A stretch of DNA of 64,000 bases from Flectonema sp. DT1601. Lineage: Eukaryota. Each line of letters opens with the position of its first letter. Positions within the stretch are counted from its first letter, which is position 1. The notes beneath the pieces were generated by a model. The model saw only the letters and a program-made list of their open reading frames with translations. It was not told the origin of the DNA and ran no database searches. Shown here one piece after another: positions 46,536 through 61,040 of this stretch. The stretch spans positions 1,798,001-1,862,000 of the forward strand of contig OZ025780.1 in the NCBI GenBank assembly GCA_964019425.1. The letters are read 5' to 3'. The translations under genes and the position numbers were made by a program.

Positions 46536-47828
46536 GATGACGGCCTCACGGCAGTTACAAGTCTTCGGGAGTGGGGGGTTGTGTGATTCCTTCTTCACGC
46601 AGGAGTCACGCCCCCCTGGTGAGAAATAATAATAATAAAACTAACAATGATAATGATAATATTGTACTTTTGTATAGGTACTGTATTGTAATAACGCGAT
46701 TGTTTTGCAATGTAATCAGTTCACTTTCACATTTCAATTCCCCAAATGACCTTCCCGGCGCAACATTTCTTTATTTTCTTTTTTTTAAATAATTTTTATA
46801 AACACTTTCTTTTCGTTGATTTCGTACCTTTCTTTTAAAGTCTAGCGAATGGCATTCCTTCCGTGGTGATTCCCCTGAACGCACAAACAAATACGCCTTG
46901 CGTGTCGGGGGGAAAGGTTTTGCCGCTGACTTTAGGTTATTAATTTGTTGTTTGTTCTGTTAGTTTGTTTGCAATCATTCTTTCTTCTTTTTGTTATCAG
47001 GAAGGACATGTCACAAGTGATGTGGTGGAGAGGAAGTGGGGGGAGGAGAGTAAGTTAAGTGGAAAATGGTACCACTTGCCGTGTGATGGAAGGAGGGATC
47101 GTTGAGAGGGCTTTGCGGTGATGGTGACATGAGAGGGTGTTTGCAATTTTGTAACTTTTGTATATTTTTCAATTTTTTTTAACAGGAGCTGAACTTATGA
47201 TGAGGTGAGCAGAAGCTTCACTAAACCTCCTCGCGGTGTGTGTGTATGCATGTATGTGTGTGTTGTGTGTTGTGTATTGTTTGTTGAAACTCTGACGAGT
47301 TCTCATTACCCTTTGTGTGTGTGTTGTGTGTTCATACGTGTAGTTTGAGTGCTCGTGTGTCTGTGTCAGATGTTTCTGTGAAACTATTTCTTTTGCCTTC
47401 CTTGGTTTTACTGAACTTGTTCTTCGTGTTGTGATTTGTGATTTGTGGTGAAGTTGTTGTGTTGTGTTTGTGTTGGAATTAAGTGTCGTGTTGTTTAACT
47501 CTGATGAGTTCTTATTGTGGTTTGAGTGCTCGTGATTTTTGCACGTGTTTCGTTTTTGAGTGCCCATTGGTTTGTGTGTGTCGCGTGTCCCGGGGGGTGG
47601 GGATGTTTGATGTGTGTGTGGAACTATTTCTTATTGATTGTTAACCATAAATCTGCTTTTTAAGATTTTACACCTTTCCTTGATTGAACTGAACTTGCTT
47701 CGTGTTGTGATTTGTGGTGAAGTTCGATAAGTGACGTGGGAGTGGAATGCTTTATGTGGGTATGTTTTTGTTATATCAATATTTCCCGCCTTCAGCCGCA
47801 AACAGTTTTTTTTATTAAAAAAAAAAAA

Positions 47829-48668
47829 ATGTTCAACTCAACATACGTGATGGTGGTCATGATTTGGGCTTTGTCCCACATGATGTCATCGGGAGCAGAC
47901 ACCGTGGTGAAGGTGAAGATGATGACGGAGACCAACGACGTTGACGAGTGTCTGTCCGACCCCTGCGGTCCGGAACAGACTTGTTACGACCCGAACACGT
48001 CGGCAGAGTCATTGGGCGACTTCAGATGCAGGTGCCCAATGTACTCGTACGGTTGCGTGATGCAGAATTCTGTACTTGACTTACAGAATGCTGTTGCAAC
48101 CAACGCCGTGGATTCTATCCGCAAGGTGTACTCTTATACTCTGTCGTACACAACTGTCGATGAGTGCGAGTTACTAAATCCTTGTAACTCCAGACAGACT
48201 TGCGTGGATCCGAACACGGCCGGCAACTCTCTAGACGACTTCACCTGTACCTGTGCAGCTGACGATTACTGGTGCTCTGCGGAAATCATTTACGTCGACT
48301 GTTGGAACTTCCTTTCTGGTGTCGCCGATTACGCCAAACATTGCGTGGGCTTTGTGTGTTACAACTCCGCTCTGCGTGGTGGTCAGGTAGCGTGGATCTG
48401 TTTCACTGAGATCCACGGCTACGCACCTCGCCTGACAAACTTGTTCTGTGGGTACGTCCTCTTTTCGGCCACGTTCACGTGGTTTTTTGGAGCGCGTATG
48501 ATGCAAGGACGTGGCAACGCCACCCACAACGGGTTCCGAGCAAGCTTCGTCTTCTTGTTCGCGAGAACCTTTGTCATGTCCTTGTGTCAGCTCCACAGGC
48601 TGGTCTGTTGGCTGGCTGCGGTACTCGGCAGAAGGTTCCGAGGAAGAAGACATCTTCTTGAGGGATGA
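47829..48668 (+). CDS. EGF-like domain protein, copy 4 (Ala>Thr variant)
   Basis: FTCTC instead of FTCAC (G>A at 48249). Confidence 0.8.
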   Translation: MFNSTYVMVVMIWALSHMMSSGADTVVKVKMMTETNDVDECLSDPCGPEQTCYDPNTSAESLGDFRCRCPMYSYGCVMQNSVLDLQNAVATNAVDSIRKVYSYTLSYTTVDECELLNPCNSRQTCVDPNTAGNSLDDFTCTCAADDYWCSAEIIYVDCWNFLSGVADYAKHCVGFVCYNSALRGGQVAWICFTEIHGYAPRLTNLFCGYVLFSATFTWFFGARMMQGRGNATHNGFRASFVFLFARTFVMSLCQLHRLVCWLAAVLGRRFRGRRHLLEG

Positions 48669-50745
48669 ATCTTTTACAACAAAAGAAAAGAAGGAAAACA
48701 CAATGATCTGATCAAGAAAAAAAACAAACAAAAAAAAAAAAAAAAAAAAAAAAAATTTTCTCTTCTCGTTCCCCTTTTTCCCCTAAATTATGTTGCGCCG
48801 TTTCTTTTTTCTTTTTTTTTTTTTTTTTTGAATGATTTTCGTTTTGGTTCTTAAAAAGAATAGGCTTTGTCTTCTGTACACAAAAAAAAAACGAAAAAAC
48901 AAAAAATAAGCGACCTTTGTACCAACTTCCCTTTAACCCAATTAATATGTGCGTATTTTTATTCAAAAAAAAAAAGAAACAAAACGATCGACACCAACAA
49001 AAAAAAAAAAAAAAAAAAAAGATATCAAAATTTACCGCACACTTTTCTTTTTTTTCATTCATCCTTCCTGTTTTCCTTCCTGTTGTGAAGAAATACCGTA
49101 TAAAACCTTGAAGAAAATTAACTAGCTCTGCCGTGAGAGAGAGAGAACCATGTTTTTTTTTCGTTTGAAGTTCAAAGAAAAATGGTTCTGTCTTTTTTTT
49201 GAAAGTTGTTTTCTAGTTTTTAGATTCCGCTTCTTCATTTCTGACAGCTGCAATTGCATTGCTGCTTTTGTGAATTAAGGTAGGTGAGATGGATTTCCTT
49301 TACACGAACTTCTTTTCTTTTTTTTTCCCCCGACAAGTAGTAGTAGAAAGTACGGGCCATTCACATTTGGGTTAGTAAGTTGTTGTCGTTGTTGTTGTCT
49401 TGTCGTCGAGCGAGAGAGTACAACTACTCTCTCGGCCGATAGATGAGATTAAATAAATGAATAAATATATAAATAGGAAGTAAGAATCGGATACTAATCA
49501 TTTTTGAGAAGTATTCAGTTGTATTGGACTTCTGAAACTAAAAATAAAATAATAATAAAAAACATAAAAAACATTCGTTTCATTTTCATTTTCATTTTCA
49601 TTTTACTCATAACCAACAACAAGAAATTTTCTTTAACAACACGGGGACGAGATGTGAATGGTCTTTTGGAGAATTGTGTCGGATTTTATTTTATTTTATT
49701 TCATTTTTTTTGCTGGCACACGAAAACTAATAAACGCACTGAAAGAAGGAAAACCGGAACCCGGAAGTTGCAACTCCGATGCTCTGGCTCTTCACTTCGA
49801 CGAACAACAAAAGGCTGAAAAGAGAGAATATTATTATTTTCTTGATTTGCTTTGAGATTGTGGAGTTTTTGTGTCCAATTTTTCATTTCTTCTTTTCAAT
49901 TTAACAAAAAATAAAAATAAAGAAACCTTAAAAAATTTAAAAAACAAAAAAAGATCCCATCCCTCGGTACCAGTCGCGGAAAAAACGTTTATTTTCTCTT
50001 GGCAGTGCACGTCTGGAGAGACGACCTGCAAAGGCTCTCTCTCTCTGGCATTCACCCATGAGGAGATTGTATACCTTTCTTTACTTTGTTTTTTATACCT
50101 TTCTTAACTTTGTTTTGTATACCTTTCTTTATTTGTTTTGTATACCATTCTTTACTTTGTTTTGTATACCTTTCTTAACTTTGTTTTATATACCTTTCTT
50201 TATTTGTTTTGTATACCTTTCTTTATTTGTTATGTGTACCATTCTTTGCTTTGTTTTGTATACCTTTCTTAACTTTGTTTTATATACCTTTCTTTATTTG
50301 TTTTGTATACCTTTCTTAACTTTGTTTTATATACCTTTCTTAACTTTGTTTTATATACCTTTCTTTATTTGTTTTGTATACCTTTCTTTATTTGTTTTGT
50401 GTACCTTTCTTTGCTTTGTTTTGGATACCTTTCTTTATTTGTTTCCGCGGGAGGGAAGGCGCACGCTGCCGACCGATCCCCCCGCTCCAATGTTGTTCTC
50501 GTTGATGTTGTGGATGTGATGGTCCAGTCTGCTGTCTTCCTTTTTTTTTTTCCCCTTCTCTTTTCTCTCACTCTCTCGCGGTGGCAAGTGCTCTGGTCTT
50601 TTGAGAGGCTGGGAAAAAGGAAAACCAGTTTTGCTGATTTTCACCCTTTTTTTTTGTTTTTACTGCGAGAGAGACGGAACGAGAGATACAGAGAGAGAGA
50701 GAGAGAGAGTGACAATGCAAAGAAAACAAAACTGACCTTTTACGT

Positions 50746-50804
<59 letters not shown>

Positions 50805-51372
50805 AAAAAAACAATTTCACCCTGGTTTTGTTTGTGCTGCTCCTCGATCATAGGGATACTCTTGCGGCAGTTGTCGAGTATCCCGTAAAAACTACCACAA
50901 CAAAAACAACAAAAACATTTACCAACTCGATTCTCACTTCCTGTTCCTTGGTGAGTTTTAGCAAAAGCTGACCAACTCGACTCACGCAGCAGCTGCAGTT
51001 CCTCGCCGAGACGGAACCAGCCTCAATGATCCGAGTTGAGCGCCCACTCAGTTGGTCATCGGAGTGTAGTTATCAGCGGATTTCCTGGTTTCTCGCACAG
51101 AGAGCCAGGTTTCCCAACATAGCAACGCTTGTGGCAAAACTTGTCGTGGGAGGCTACTCGGGATTGGAGGTTGGCAGGTAAATGGGGGAAGCGAATGAAG
51201 AGAGGAGGAGACGCACGAGAGAGAATGGCAATATGTATGCGAGTGAGCCAGCTGCTGTGCTGCTGTGATTTGATTGGTATTTTTGCTAAGCAGTGTATTT
51301 CTTGCTCTGTGAACTGTTTTTGATGTTCAGGACGTGTTCATATTACTGAGGAAGGAGCCACCATCTGAGATC

Positions 51373-51404
<32 letters not shown>

Positions 51405-51595
51405 GGTGGTGTGCGGTTAAATCTCTAATTTTGGTAAATGAAATTCAATCTTTTGCAGCAATATACTTATCGTCTCTCTCTCTGTGACATTTTCGATTTA
51501 GAAAAAGTAAAATCCTGTGATCAGTACTGCTTTCATTCGTCACCCATGTGGGTTGTTGTTGTCTTGTCTTTTTTCTTCTTTTTTTTCGTGCCTGC

Positions 51596-51652
<57 letters not shown>

Positions 51653-52945
51653 GATGACGGCCTCACGGCAGTTACAAGTCTTCGGGAGTGGGGGGTTGTG
51701 TGATTCCTTCTTCACGCAGGAGTCACGCCCCCCTGGTGAGAAATAATAATAATAAAACTAACAATGATAATGATAATATTGTACTTTTGTATAGGTACTG
51801 TATTGTAATAACGCGATTGTTTTGCAATGTAATCAGTTCACTTTCACATTTCAATTCCCCAAATGACCTTCCCGGCGCAACATTTCTTTATTTTCTTTTT
51901 TTTAAATAATTTTTATAAACACTTTCTTTTCGTTGATTTCGTACCTTTCTTTTAAAGTCTAGCGAATGGCATTCCTTCCGTGGTGATTCCCCTGAACGCA
52001 CAAACAAATACGCCTTGCGTGTCGGGGGGAAAGGTTTTGCCGCTGACTTTAGGTTATTAATTTGTTGTTTGTTCTGTTAGTTTGTTTGCAATCATTCTTT
52101 CTTCTTTTTGTTATCAGGAAGGACATGTCACAAGTGATGTGGTGGAGAGGAAGTGGGGGGAGGAGAGTAAGTTAAGTGGAAAATGGTACCACTTGCCGTG
52201 TGATGGAAGGAGGGATCGTTGAGAGGGCTTTGCGGTGATGGTGACATGAGAGGGTGTTTGCAATTTTGTAACTTTTGTATATTTTTCAATTTTTTTTAAC
52301 AGGAGCTGAACTTATGATGAGGTGAGCAGAAGCTTCACTAAACCTCCTCGCGGTGTGTGTGTATGCATGTATGTGTGTGTTGTGTGTTGTGTATTGTTTG
52401 TTGAAACTCTGACGAGTTCTCATTACCCTTTGTGTGTGTGTTGTGTGTTCATACGTGTAGTTTGAGTGCTCGTGTGTCTGTGTCAGATGTTTCTGTGAAA
52501 CTATTTCTTTTGCCTTCCTTGGTTTTACTGAACTTGTTCTTCGTGTTGTGATTTGTGATTTGTGGTGAAGTTGTTGTGTTGTGTTTGTGTTGGAATTAAG
52601 TGTCGTGTTGTTTAACTCTGATGAGTTCTTATTGTGGTTTGAGTGCTCGTGATTTTTGCACGTGTTTCGTTTTTGAGTGCCCATTGGTTTGTGTGTGTCG
52701 CGTGTCCCGGGGGGTGGGGATGTTTGATGTGTGTGTGGAACTATTTCTTATTGATTGTTAACCATAAATCTGCTTTTTAAGATTTTACACCTTTCCTTGA
52801 TTGAACTGAACTTGCTTCGTGTTGTGATTTGTGGTGAAGTTCGATAAGTGACGTGGGAGTGGAATGCTTTATGTGGGTATGTTTTTGTTATATCAATATT
52901 TCCCGCCTTCAGCCGCAAACAGTTTTTTTTATTAAAAAAAAAAAA

Positions 52946-53785
52946 ATGTTCAACTCAACATACGTGATGGTGGTCATGATTTGGGCTTTGTCCCACATGA
53001 TGTCATCGGGAGCAGACACCGTGGTGAAGGTGAAGATGATGACGGAGACCAACGACGTTGACGAGTGTCTGTCCGACCCCTGCGGTCCGGAACAGACTTG
53101 TTACGACCCGAACACGTCGGCAGAGTCATTGGGCGACTTCAGATGCAGGTGCCCAATGTACTCGTACGGTTGCGTGATGCAGAATTCTGTACTTGACTTA
53201 CAGAATGCTGTTGCAACCAACGCCGTGGATTCTATCCGCAAGGTGTACTCTTATACTCTGTCGTACACAACTGTCGATGAGTGCGAGTTACTAAATCCTT
53301 GTAACTCCAGACAGACTTGCGTGGATCCGAACACGGCCGGCAACTCTCTAGACGACTTCACCTGTACCTGTGCAGCTGACGATTACTGGTGCTCTGCGGA
53401 AATCATTTACGTCGACTGTTGGAACTTCCTTTCTGGTGTCGCCGATTACGCCAAACATTGCGTGGGCTTTGTGTGTTACAACTCCGCTCTGCGTGGTGGT
53501 CAGGTAGCGTGGATCTGTTTCACTGAGATCCACGGCTACGCACCTCGCCTGACAAACTTGTTCTGTGGGTACGTCCTCTTTTCGGCCACGTTCACGTGGT
53601 TTTTTGGAGCGCGTATGATGCAAGGACGTGGCAACGCCACCCACAACGGGTTCCGAGCAAGCTTCGTCTTCTTGTTCGCGAGAACCTTTGTCATGTCCTT
53701 GTGTCAGCTCCACAGGCTGGTCTGTTGGCTGGCTGCGGTACTCGGCAGAAGGTTCCGAGGAAGAAGACATCTTCTTGAGGGATGA
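52946..53785 (+). CDS. EGF-like domain protein, copy 5 (Ala>Thr variant)
   Basis: Same protein as copy 4. Confidence 0.8.
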   Translation: MFNSTYVMVVMIWALSHMMSSGADTVVKVKMMTETNDVDECLSDPCGPEQTCYDPNTSAESLGDFRCRCPMYSYGCVMQNSVLDLQNAVATNAVDSIRKVYSYTLSYTTVDECELLNPCNSRQTCVDPNTAGNSLDDFTCTCAADDYWCSAEIIYVDCWNFLSGVADYAKHCVGFVCYNSALRGGQVAWICFTEIHGYAPRLTNLFCGYVLFSATFTWFFGARMMQGRGNATHNGFRASFVFLFARTFVMSLCQLHRLVCWLAAVLGRRFRGRRHLLEG

Positions 53786-53846
53786 ATCTTTTACAACAAA
53801 AGAAAAGAAGGAAAACACAATGATCTGATCAAGAAAAAAAACAAAC

Positions 53847-53878
<32 letters not shown>

Positions 53879-55862
53879 CTTCTCGTTCCCCTTTTTCCCC
53901 TAAATTATGTTGCGCCGTTTCTTTTTTCTTTTTTTTTTTTTTTTTTGAATGATTTTCGTTTTGGTTCTTAAAAAGAATAGGCTTTGTCTTCTGTACACAA
54001 AAAAAAAACGAAAAAACAAAAAATAAGCGACCTTTGTACCAACTTCCCTTTAACCCAATTAATATGTGCGTATTTTTATTCAAAAAAAAAAAGAAACAAA
54101 ACGATCGACACCAACAAAAAAAAAAAAAAAAAAAAAAGATATCAAAATTTACCGCACACTTTTCTTTTTTTTCATTCATCCTTCCTGTTTTCCTTCCTGT
54201 TGTGAAGAAATACCGTATAAAACCTTGAAGAAAATTAACTAGCTCTGCCGTGAGAGAGAGAGAACCATGTTTTTTTTTCGTTTGAAGTTCAAAGAAAAAT
54301 GGTTCTGTCTTTTTTTTGAAAGTTGTTTTCTAGTTTTTAGATTCCGCTTCTTCATTTCTGACAGCTGCAATTGCATTGCTGCTTTTGTGAATTAAGGTAG
54401 GTGAGATGGATTTCCTTTACACGAACTTCTTTTCTTTTTTTTTCCCCCGACAAGTAGTAGTAGAAAGTACGGGCCATTCACATTTGGGTTAGTAAGTTGT
54501 TGTCGTTGTTGTTGTCTTGTCGTCGAGCGAGAGAGTACAACTACTCTCTCGGCCGATAGATGAGATTAAATAAATGAATAAATATATAAATAGGAAGTAA
54601 GAATCGGATACTAATCATTTTTGAGAAGTATTCAGTTGTATTGGACTTCTGAAACTAAAAATAAAATAATAATAAAAAACATAAAAAACATTCGTTTCAT
54701 TTTCATTTTCATTTTCATTTTACTCATAACCAACAACAAGAAATTTTCTTTAACAACACGGGGACGAGATGTGAATGGTCTTTTGGAGAATTGTGTCGGA
54801 TTTTATTTTATTTTATTTCATTTTTTTTGCTGGCACACGAAAACTAATAAACGCACTGAAAGAAGGAAAACCGGAACCCGGAAGTTGCAACTCCGATGCT
54901 CTGGCTCTTCACTTCGACGAACAACAAAAGGCTGAAAAGAGAGAATATTATTATTTTCTTGATTTGCTTTGAGATTGTGGAGTTTTTGTGTCCAATTTTT
55001 CATTTCTTCTTTTCAATTTAACAAAAAATAAAAATAAAGAAACCTTAAAAAATTTAAAAAACAAAAAAAGATCCCATCCCTCGGTACCAGTCGCGGAAAA
55101 AACGTTTATTTTCTCTTGGCAGTGCACGTCTGGAGAGACGACCTGCAAAGGCTCTCTCTCTCTGGCATTCACCCATGAGGAGATTGTATACCTTTCTTTA
55201 CTTTGTTTTTTATACCTTTCTTAACTTTGTTTTGTATACCTTTCTTTATTTGTTTTGTATACCATTCTTTACTTTGTTTTGTATACCTTTCTTAACTTTG
55301 TTTTATATACCTTTCTTTATTTGTTTTGTATACCTTTCTTTATTTGTTATGTGTACCATTCTTTGCTTTGTTTTGTATACCTTTCTTAACTTTGTTTTAT
55401 ATACCTTTCTTTATTTGTTTTGTATACCTTTCTTAACTTTGTTTTATATACCTTTCTTAACTTTGTTTTATATACCTTTCTTTATTTGTTTTGTATACCT
55501 TTCTTTATTTGTTTTGTGTACCTTTCTTTGCTTTGTTTTGGATACCTTTCTTTATTTGTTTCCGCGGGAGGGAAGGCGCACGCTGCCGACCGATCCCCCC
55601 GCTCCAATGTTGTTCTCGTTGATGTTGTGGATGTGATGGTCCAGTCTGCTGTCTTCCTTTTTTTTTTTCCCCTTCTCTTTTCTCTCACTCTCTCGCGGTG
55701 GCAAGTGCTCTGGTCTTTTGAGAGGCTGGGAAAAAGGAAAACCAGTTTTGCTGATTTTCACCCTTTTTTTTTGTTTTTACTGCGAGAGAGACGGAACGAG
55801 AGATACAGAGAGAGAGAGAGAGAGAGTGACAATGCAAAGAAAACAAAACTGACCTTTTACGT

Positions 55863-55951
<89 letters not shown>

Positions 55952-56519
55952 AAAAAAACAATTTCACCCTGGTTTTGTTTGTGCTGCTCCTCGATCATAG
56001 GGATACTCTTGCGGCAGTTGTCGAGTATCCCGTAAAAACTACCACAACAAAAACAACAAAAACATTTACCAACTCGATTCTCACTTCCTGTTCCTTGGTG
56101 AGTTTTAGCAAAAGCTGACCAACTCGACTCACGCAGCAGCTGCAGTTCCTCGCCGAGACGGAACCAGCCTCAATGATCCGAGTTGAGCGCCCACTCAGTT
56201 GGTCATCGGAGTGTAGTTATCAGCGGATTTCCTGGTTTCTCGCACAGAGAGCCAGGTTTCCCAACATAGCAACGCTTGTGGCAAAACTTGTCGTGGGAGG
56301 CTACTCGGGATTGGAGGTTGGCAGGTAAATGGGGGAAGCGAATGAAGAGAGGAGGAGACGCACGAGAGAGAATGGCAATATGTATGCGAGTGAGCCAGCT
56401 GCTGTGCTGCTGTGATTTGATTGGTATTTTTGCTAAGCAGTGTATTTCTTGCTCTGTGAACTGTTTTTGATGTTCAGGACGTGTTCATATTACTGAGGAA
56501 GGAGCCACCATCTGAGATC

Positions 56520-56551
<32 letters not shown>

Positions 56552-56742
56552 GGTGGTGTGCGGTTAAATCTCTAATTTTGGTAAATGAAATTCAATCTTT
56601 TGCAGCAATATACTTATCGTCTCTCTCTCTGTGACATTTTCGATTTAGAAAAAGTAAAATCCTGTGATCAGTACTGCTTTCATTCGTCACCCATGTGGGT
56701 TGTTGTTGTCTTGTCTTTTTTCTTCTTTTTTTTCGTGCCTGC

Positions 56743-56781
<39 letters not shown>

Positions 56782-58074
56782 GATGACGGCCTCACGGCAG
56801 TTACAAGTCTTCGGGAGTGGGGGGTTGTGTGATTCCTTCTTCACGCAGGAGTCACGCCCCCCTGGTGAGAAATAATAATAATAAAACTAACAATGATAAT
56901 GATAATATTGTACTTTTGTATAGGTACTGTATTGTAATAACGCGATTGTTTTGCAATGTAATCAGTTCACTTTCACATTTCAATTCCCCAAATGACCTTC
57001 CCGGCGCAACATTTCTTTATTTTCTTTTTTTTAAATAATTTTTATAAACACTTTCTTTTCGTTGATTTCGTACCTTTCTTTTAAAGTCTAGCGAATGGCA
57101 TTCCTTCCGTGGTGATTCCCCTGAACGCACAAACAAATACGCCTTGCGTGTCGGGGGGAAAGGTTTTGCCGCTGACTTTAGGTTATTAATTTGTTGTTTG
57201 TTCTGTTAGTTTGTTTGCAATCATTCTTTCTTCTTTTTGTTATCAGGAAGGACATGTCACAAGTGATGTGGTGGAGAGGAAGTGGGGGGAGGAGAGTAAG
57301 TTAAGTGGAAAATGGTACCACTTGCCGTGTGATGGAAGGAGGGATCGTTGAGAGGGCTTTGCGGTGATGGTGACATGAGAGGGTGTTTGCAATTTTGTAA
57401 CTTTTGTATATTTTTCAATTTTTTTTAACAGGAGCTGAACTTATGATGAGGTGAGCAGAAGCTTCACTAAACCTCCTCGCGGTGTGTGTGTATGCATGTA
57501 TGTGTGTGTTGTGTGTTGTGTATTGTTTGTTGAAACTCTGACGAGTTCTCATTACCCTTTGTGTGTGTGTTGTGTGTTCATACGTGTAGTTTGAGTGCTC
57601 GTGTGTCTGTGTCAGATGTTTCTGTGAAACTATTTCTTTTGCCTTCCTTGGTTTTACTGAACTTGTTCTTCGTGTTGTGATTTGTGATTTGTGGTGAAGT
57701 TGTTGTGTTGTGTTTGTGTTGGAATTAAGTGTCGTGTTGTTTAACTCTGATGAGTTCTTATTGTGGTTTGAGTGCTCGTGATTTTTGCACGTGTTTCGTT
57801 TTTGAGTGCCCATTGGTTTGTGTGTGTCGCGTGTCCCGGGGGGTGGGGATGTTTGATGTGTGTGTGGAACTATTTCTTATTGATTGTTAACCATAAATCT
57901 GCTTTTTAAGATTTTACACCTTTCCTTGATTGAACTGAACTTGCTTCGTGTTGTGATTTGTGGTGAAGTTCGATAAGTGACGTGGGAGTGGAATGCTTTA
58001 TGTGGGTATGTTTTTGTTATATCAATATTTCCCGCCTTCAGCCGCAAACAGTTTTTTTTATTAAAAAAAAAAAA

Positions 58075-58914
58075 ATGTTCAACTCAACATACGTGATGGT
58101 GGTCATGATTTGGGCTTTGTCCCACATGATGTCATCGGGAGCAGACACCGTGGTGAAGGTGAAGATGATGACGGAGACCAACGACGTTGACGAGTGTCTG
58201 TCCGACCCCTGCGGTCCGGAACAGACTTGTTACGACCCGAACACGTCGGCAGAGTCATTGGGCGACTTCAGATGCAGGTGCCCAATGTACTCGTACGGTT
58301 GCGTGATGCAGAATTCTGTACTTGACTTACAGAATGCTGTTGCAACCAACGCCGTGGATTCTATCCGCAAGGTGTACTCTTATACTCTGTCGTACACAAC
58401 TGTCGATGAGTGCGAGTTACTAAATCCTTGTAACTCCAGACAGACTTGCGTGGATCCGAACACGGCCGGCAACTCTCTAGACGACTTCACCTGTACCTGT
58501 GCAGCTGACGATTACTGGTGCTCTGCGGAAATCATTTACGTCGACTGTTGGAACTTCCTTTCTGGTGTCGCCGATTACGCCAAACATTGCGTGGGCTTTG
58601 TGTGTTACAACTCCGCTCTGCGTGGTGGTCAGGTAGCGTGGATCTGTTTCACTGAGATCCACGGCTACGCACCTCGCCTGACAAACTTGTTCTGTGGGTA
58701 CGTCCTCTTTTCGGCCACGTTCACGTGGTTTTTTGGAGCGCGTATGATGCAAGGACGTGGCAACGCCACCCACAACGGGTTCCGAGCAAGCTTCGTCTTC
58801 TTGTTCGCGAGAACCTTTGTCATGTCCTTGTGTCAGCTCCACAGGCTGGTCTGTTGGCTGGCTGCGGTACTCGGCAGAAGGTTCCGAGGAAGAAGACATC
58901 TTCTTGAGGGATGA
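58075..58914 (+). CDS. EGF-like domain protein, copy 6 (Ala>Thr variant)
   Basis: Same protein as copy 4. Confidence 0.8.
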   Translation: MFNSTYVMVVMIWALSHMMSSGADTVVKVKMMTETNDVDECLSDPCGPEQTCYDPNTSAESLGDFRCRCPMYSYGCVMQNSVLDLQNAVATNAVDSIRKVYSYTLSYTTVDECELLNPCNSRQTCVDPNTAGNSLDDFTCTCAADDYWCSAEIIYVDCWNFLSGVADYAKHCVGFVCYNSALRGGQVAWICFTEIHGYAPRLTNLFCGYVLFSATFTWFFGARMMQGRGNATHNGFRASFVFLFARTFVMSLCQLHRLVCWLAAVLGRRFRGRRHLLEG

Positions 58915-58975
58915 ATCTTTTACAACAAAAGAAAAGAAGGAAAACACAATGATCTGATCAAGAAAAAAAACAAAC

Positions 58976-59007
<32 letters not shown>

Positions 59008-60991
59008 CTTCTCGTTCCCCTTTTTCCCCTAAATTATGTTGCGCCGTTTCTTTTTTCTTTTTTTTTTTTTTTTTTGAATGATTTTCGTTTTGGTTCTTAA
59101 AAAGAATAGGCTTTGTCTTCTGTACACAAAAAAAAAACGAAAAAACAAAAAATAAGCGACCTTTGTACCAACTTCCCTTTAACCCAATTAATATGTGCGT
59201 ATTTTTATTCAAAAAAAAAAAGAAACAAAACGATCGACACCAACAAAAAAAAAAAAAAAAAAAAAAGATATCAAAATTTACCGCACACTTTTCTTTTTTT
59301 TCATTCATCCTTCCTGTTTTCCTTCCTGTTGTGAAGAAATACCGTATAAAACCTTGAAGAAAATTAACTAGCTCTGCCGTGAGAGAGAGAGAACCATGTT
59401 TTTTTTTCGTTTGAAGTTCAAAGAAAAATGGTTCTGTCTTTTTTTTGAAAGTTGTTTTCTAGTTTTTAGATTCCGCTTCTTCATTTCTGACAGCTGCAAT
59501 TGCATTGCTGCTTTTGTGAATTAAGGTAGGTGAGATGGATTTCCTTTACACGAACTTCTTTTCTTTTTTTTTCCCCCGACAAGTAGTAGTAGAAAGTACG
59601 GGCCATTCACATTTGGGTTAGTAAGTTGTTGTCGTTGTTGTTGTCTTGTCGTCGAGCGAGAGAGTACAACTACTCTCTCGGCCGATAGATGAGATTAAAT
59701 AAATGAATAAATATATAAATAGGAAGTAAGAATCGGATACTAATCATTTTTGAGAAGTATTCAGTTGTATTGGACTTCTGAAACTAAAAATAAAATAATA
59801 ATAAAAAACATAAAAAACATTCGTTTCATTTTCATTTTCATTTTCATTTTACTCATAACCAACAACAAGAAATTTTCTTTAACAACACGGGGACGAGATG
59901 TGAATGGTCTTTTGGAGAATTGTGTCGGATTTTATTTTATTTTATTTCATTTTTTTTGCTGGCACACGAAAACTAATAAACGCACTGAAAGAAGGAAAAC
60001 CGGAACCCGGAAGTTGCAACTCCGATGCTCTGGCTCTTCACTTCGACGAACAACAAAAGGCTGAAAAGAGAGAATATTATTATTTTCTTGATTTGCTTTG
60101 AGATTGTGGAGTTTTTGTGTCCAATTTTTCATTTCTTCTTTTCAATTTAACAAAAAATAAAAATAAAGAAACCTTAAAAAATTTAAAAAACAAAAAAAGA
60201 TCCCATCCCTCGGTACCAGTCGCGGAAAAAACGTTTATTTTCTCTTGGCAGTGCACGTCTGGAGAGACGACCTGCAAAGGCTCTCTCTCTCTGGCATTCA
60301 CCCATGAGGAGATTGTATACCTTTCTTTACTTTGTTTTTTATACCTTTCTTAACTTTGTTTTGTATACCTTTCTTTATTTGTTTTGTATACCATTCTTTA
60401 CTTTGTTTTGTATACCTTTCTTAACTTTGTTTTATATACCTTTCTTTATTTGTTTTGTATACCTTTCTTTATTTGTTATGTGTACCATTCTTTGCTTTGT
60501 TTTGTATACCTTTCTTAACTTTGTTTTATATACCTTTCTTTATTTGTTTTGTATACCTTTCTTAACTTTGTTTTATATACCTTTCTTAACTTTGTTTTAT
60601 ATACCTTTCTTTATTTGTTTTGTATACCTTTCTTTATTTGTTTTGTGTACCTTTCTTTGCTTTGTTTTGGATACCTTTCTTTATTTGTTTCCGCGGGAGG
60701 GAAGGCGCACGCTGCCGACCGATCCCCCCGCTCCAATGTTGTTCTCGTTGATGTTGTGGATGTGATGGTCCAGTCTGCTGTCTTCCTTTTTTTTTTTCCC
60801 CTTCTCTTTTCTCTCACTCTCTCGCGGTGGCAAGTGCTCTGGTCTTTTGAGAGGCTGGGAAAAAGGAAAACCAGTTTTGCTGATTTTCACCCTTTTTTTT
60901 TGTTTTTACTGCGAGAGAGACGGAACGAGAGATACAGAGAGAGAGAGAGAGAGAGTGACAATGCAAAGAAAACAAAACTGACCTTTTACGT

Positions 60992-61040
<49 letters not shown>
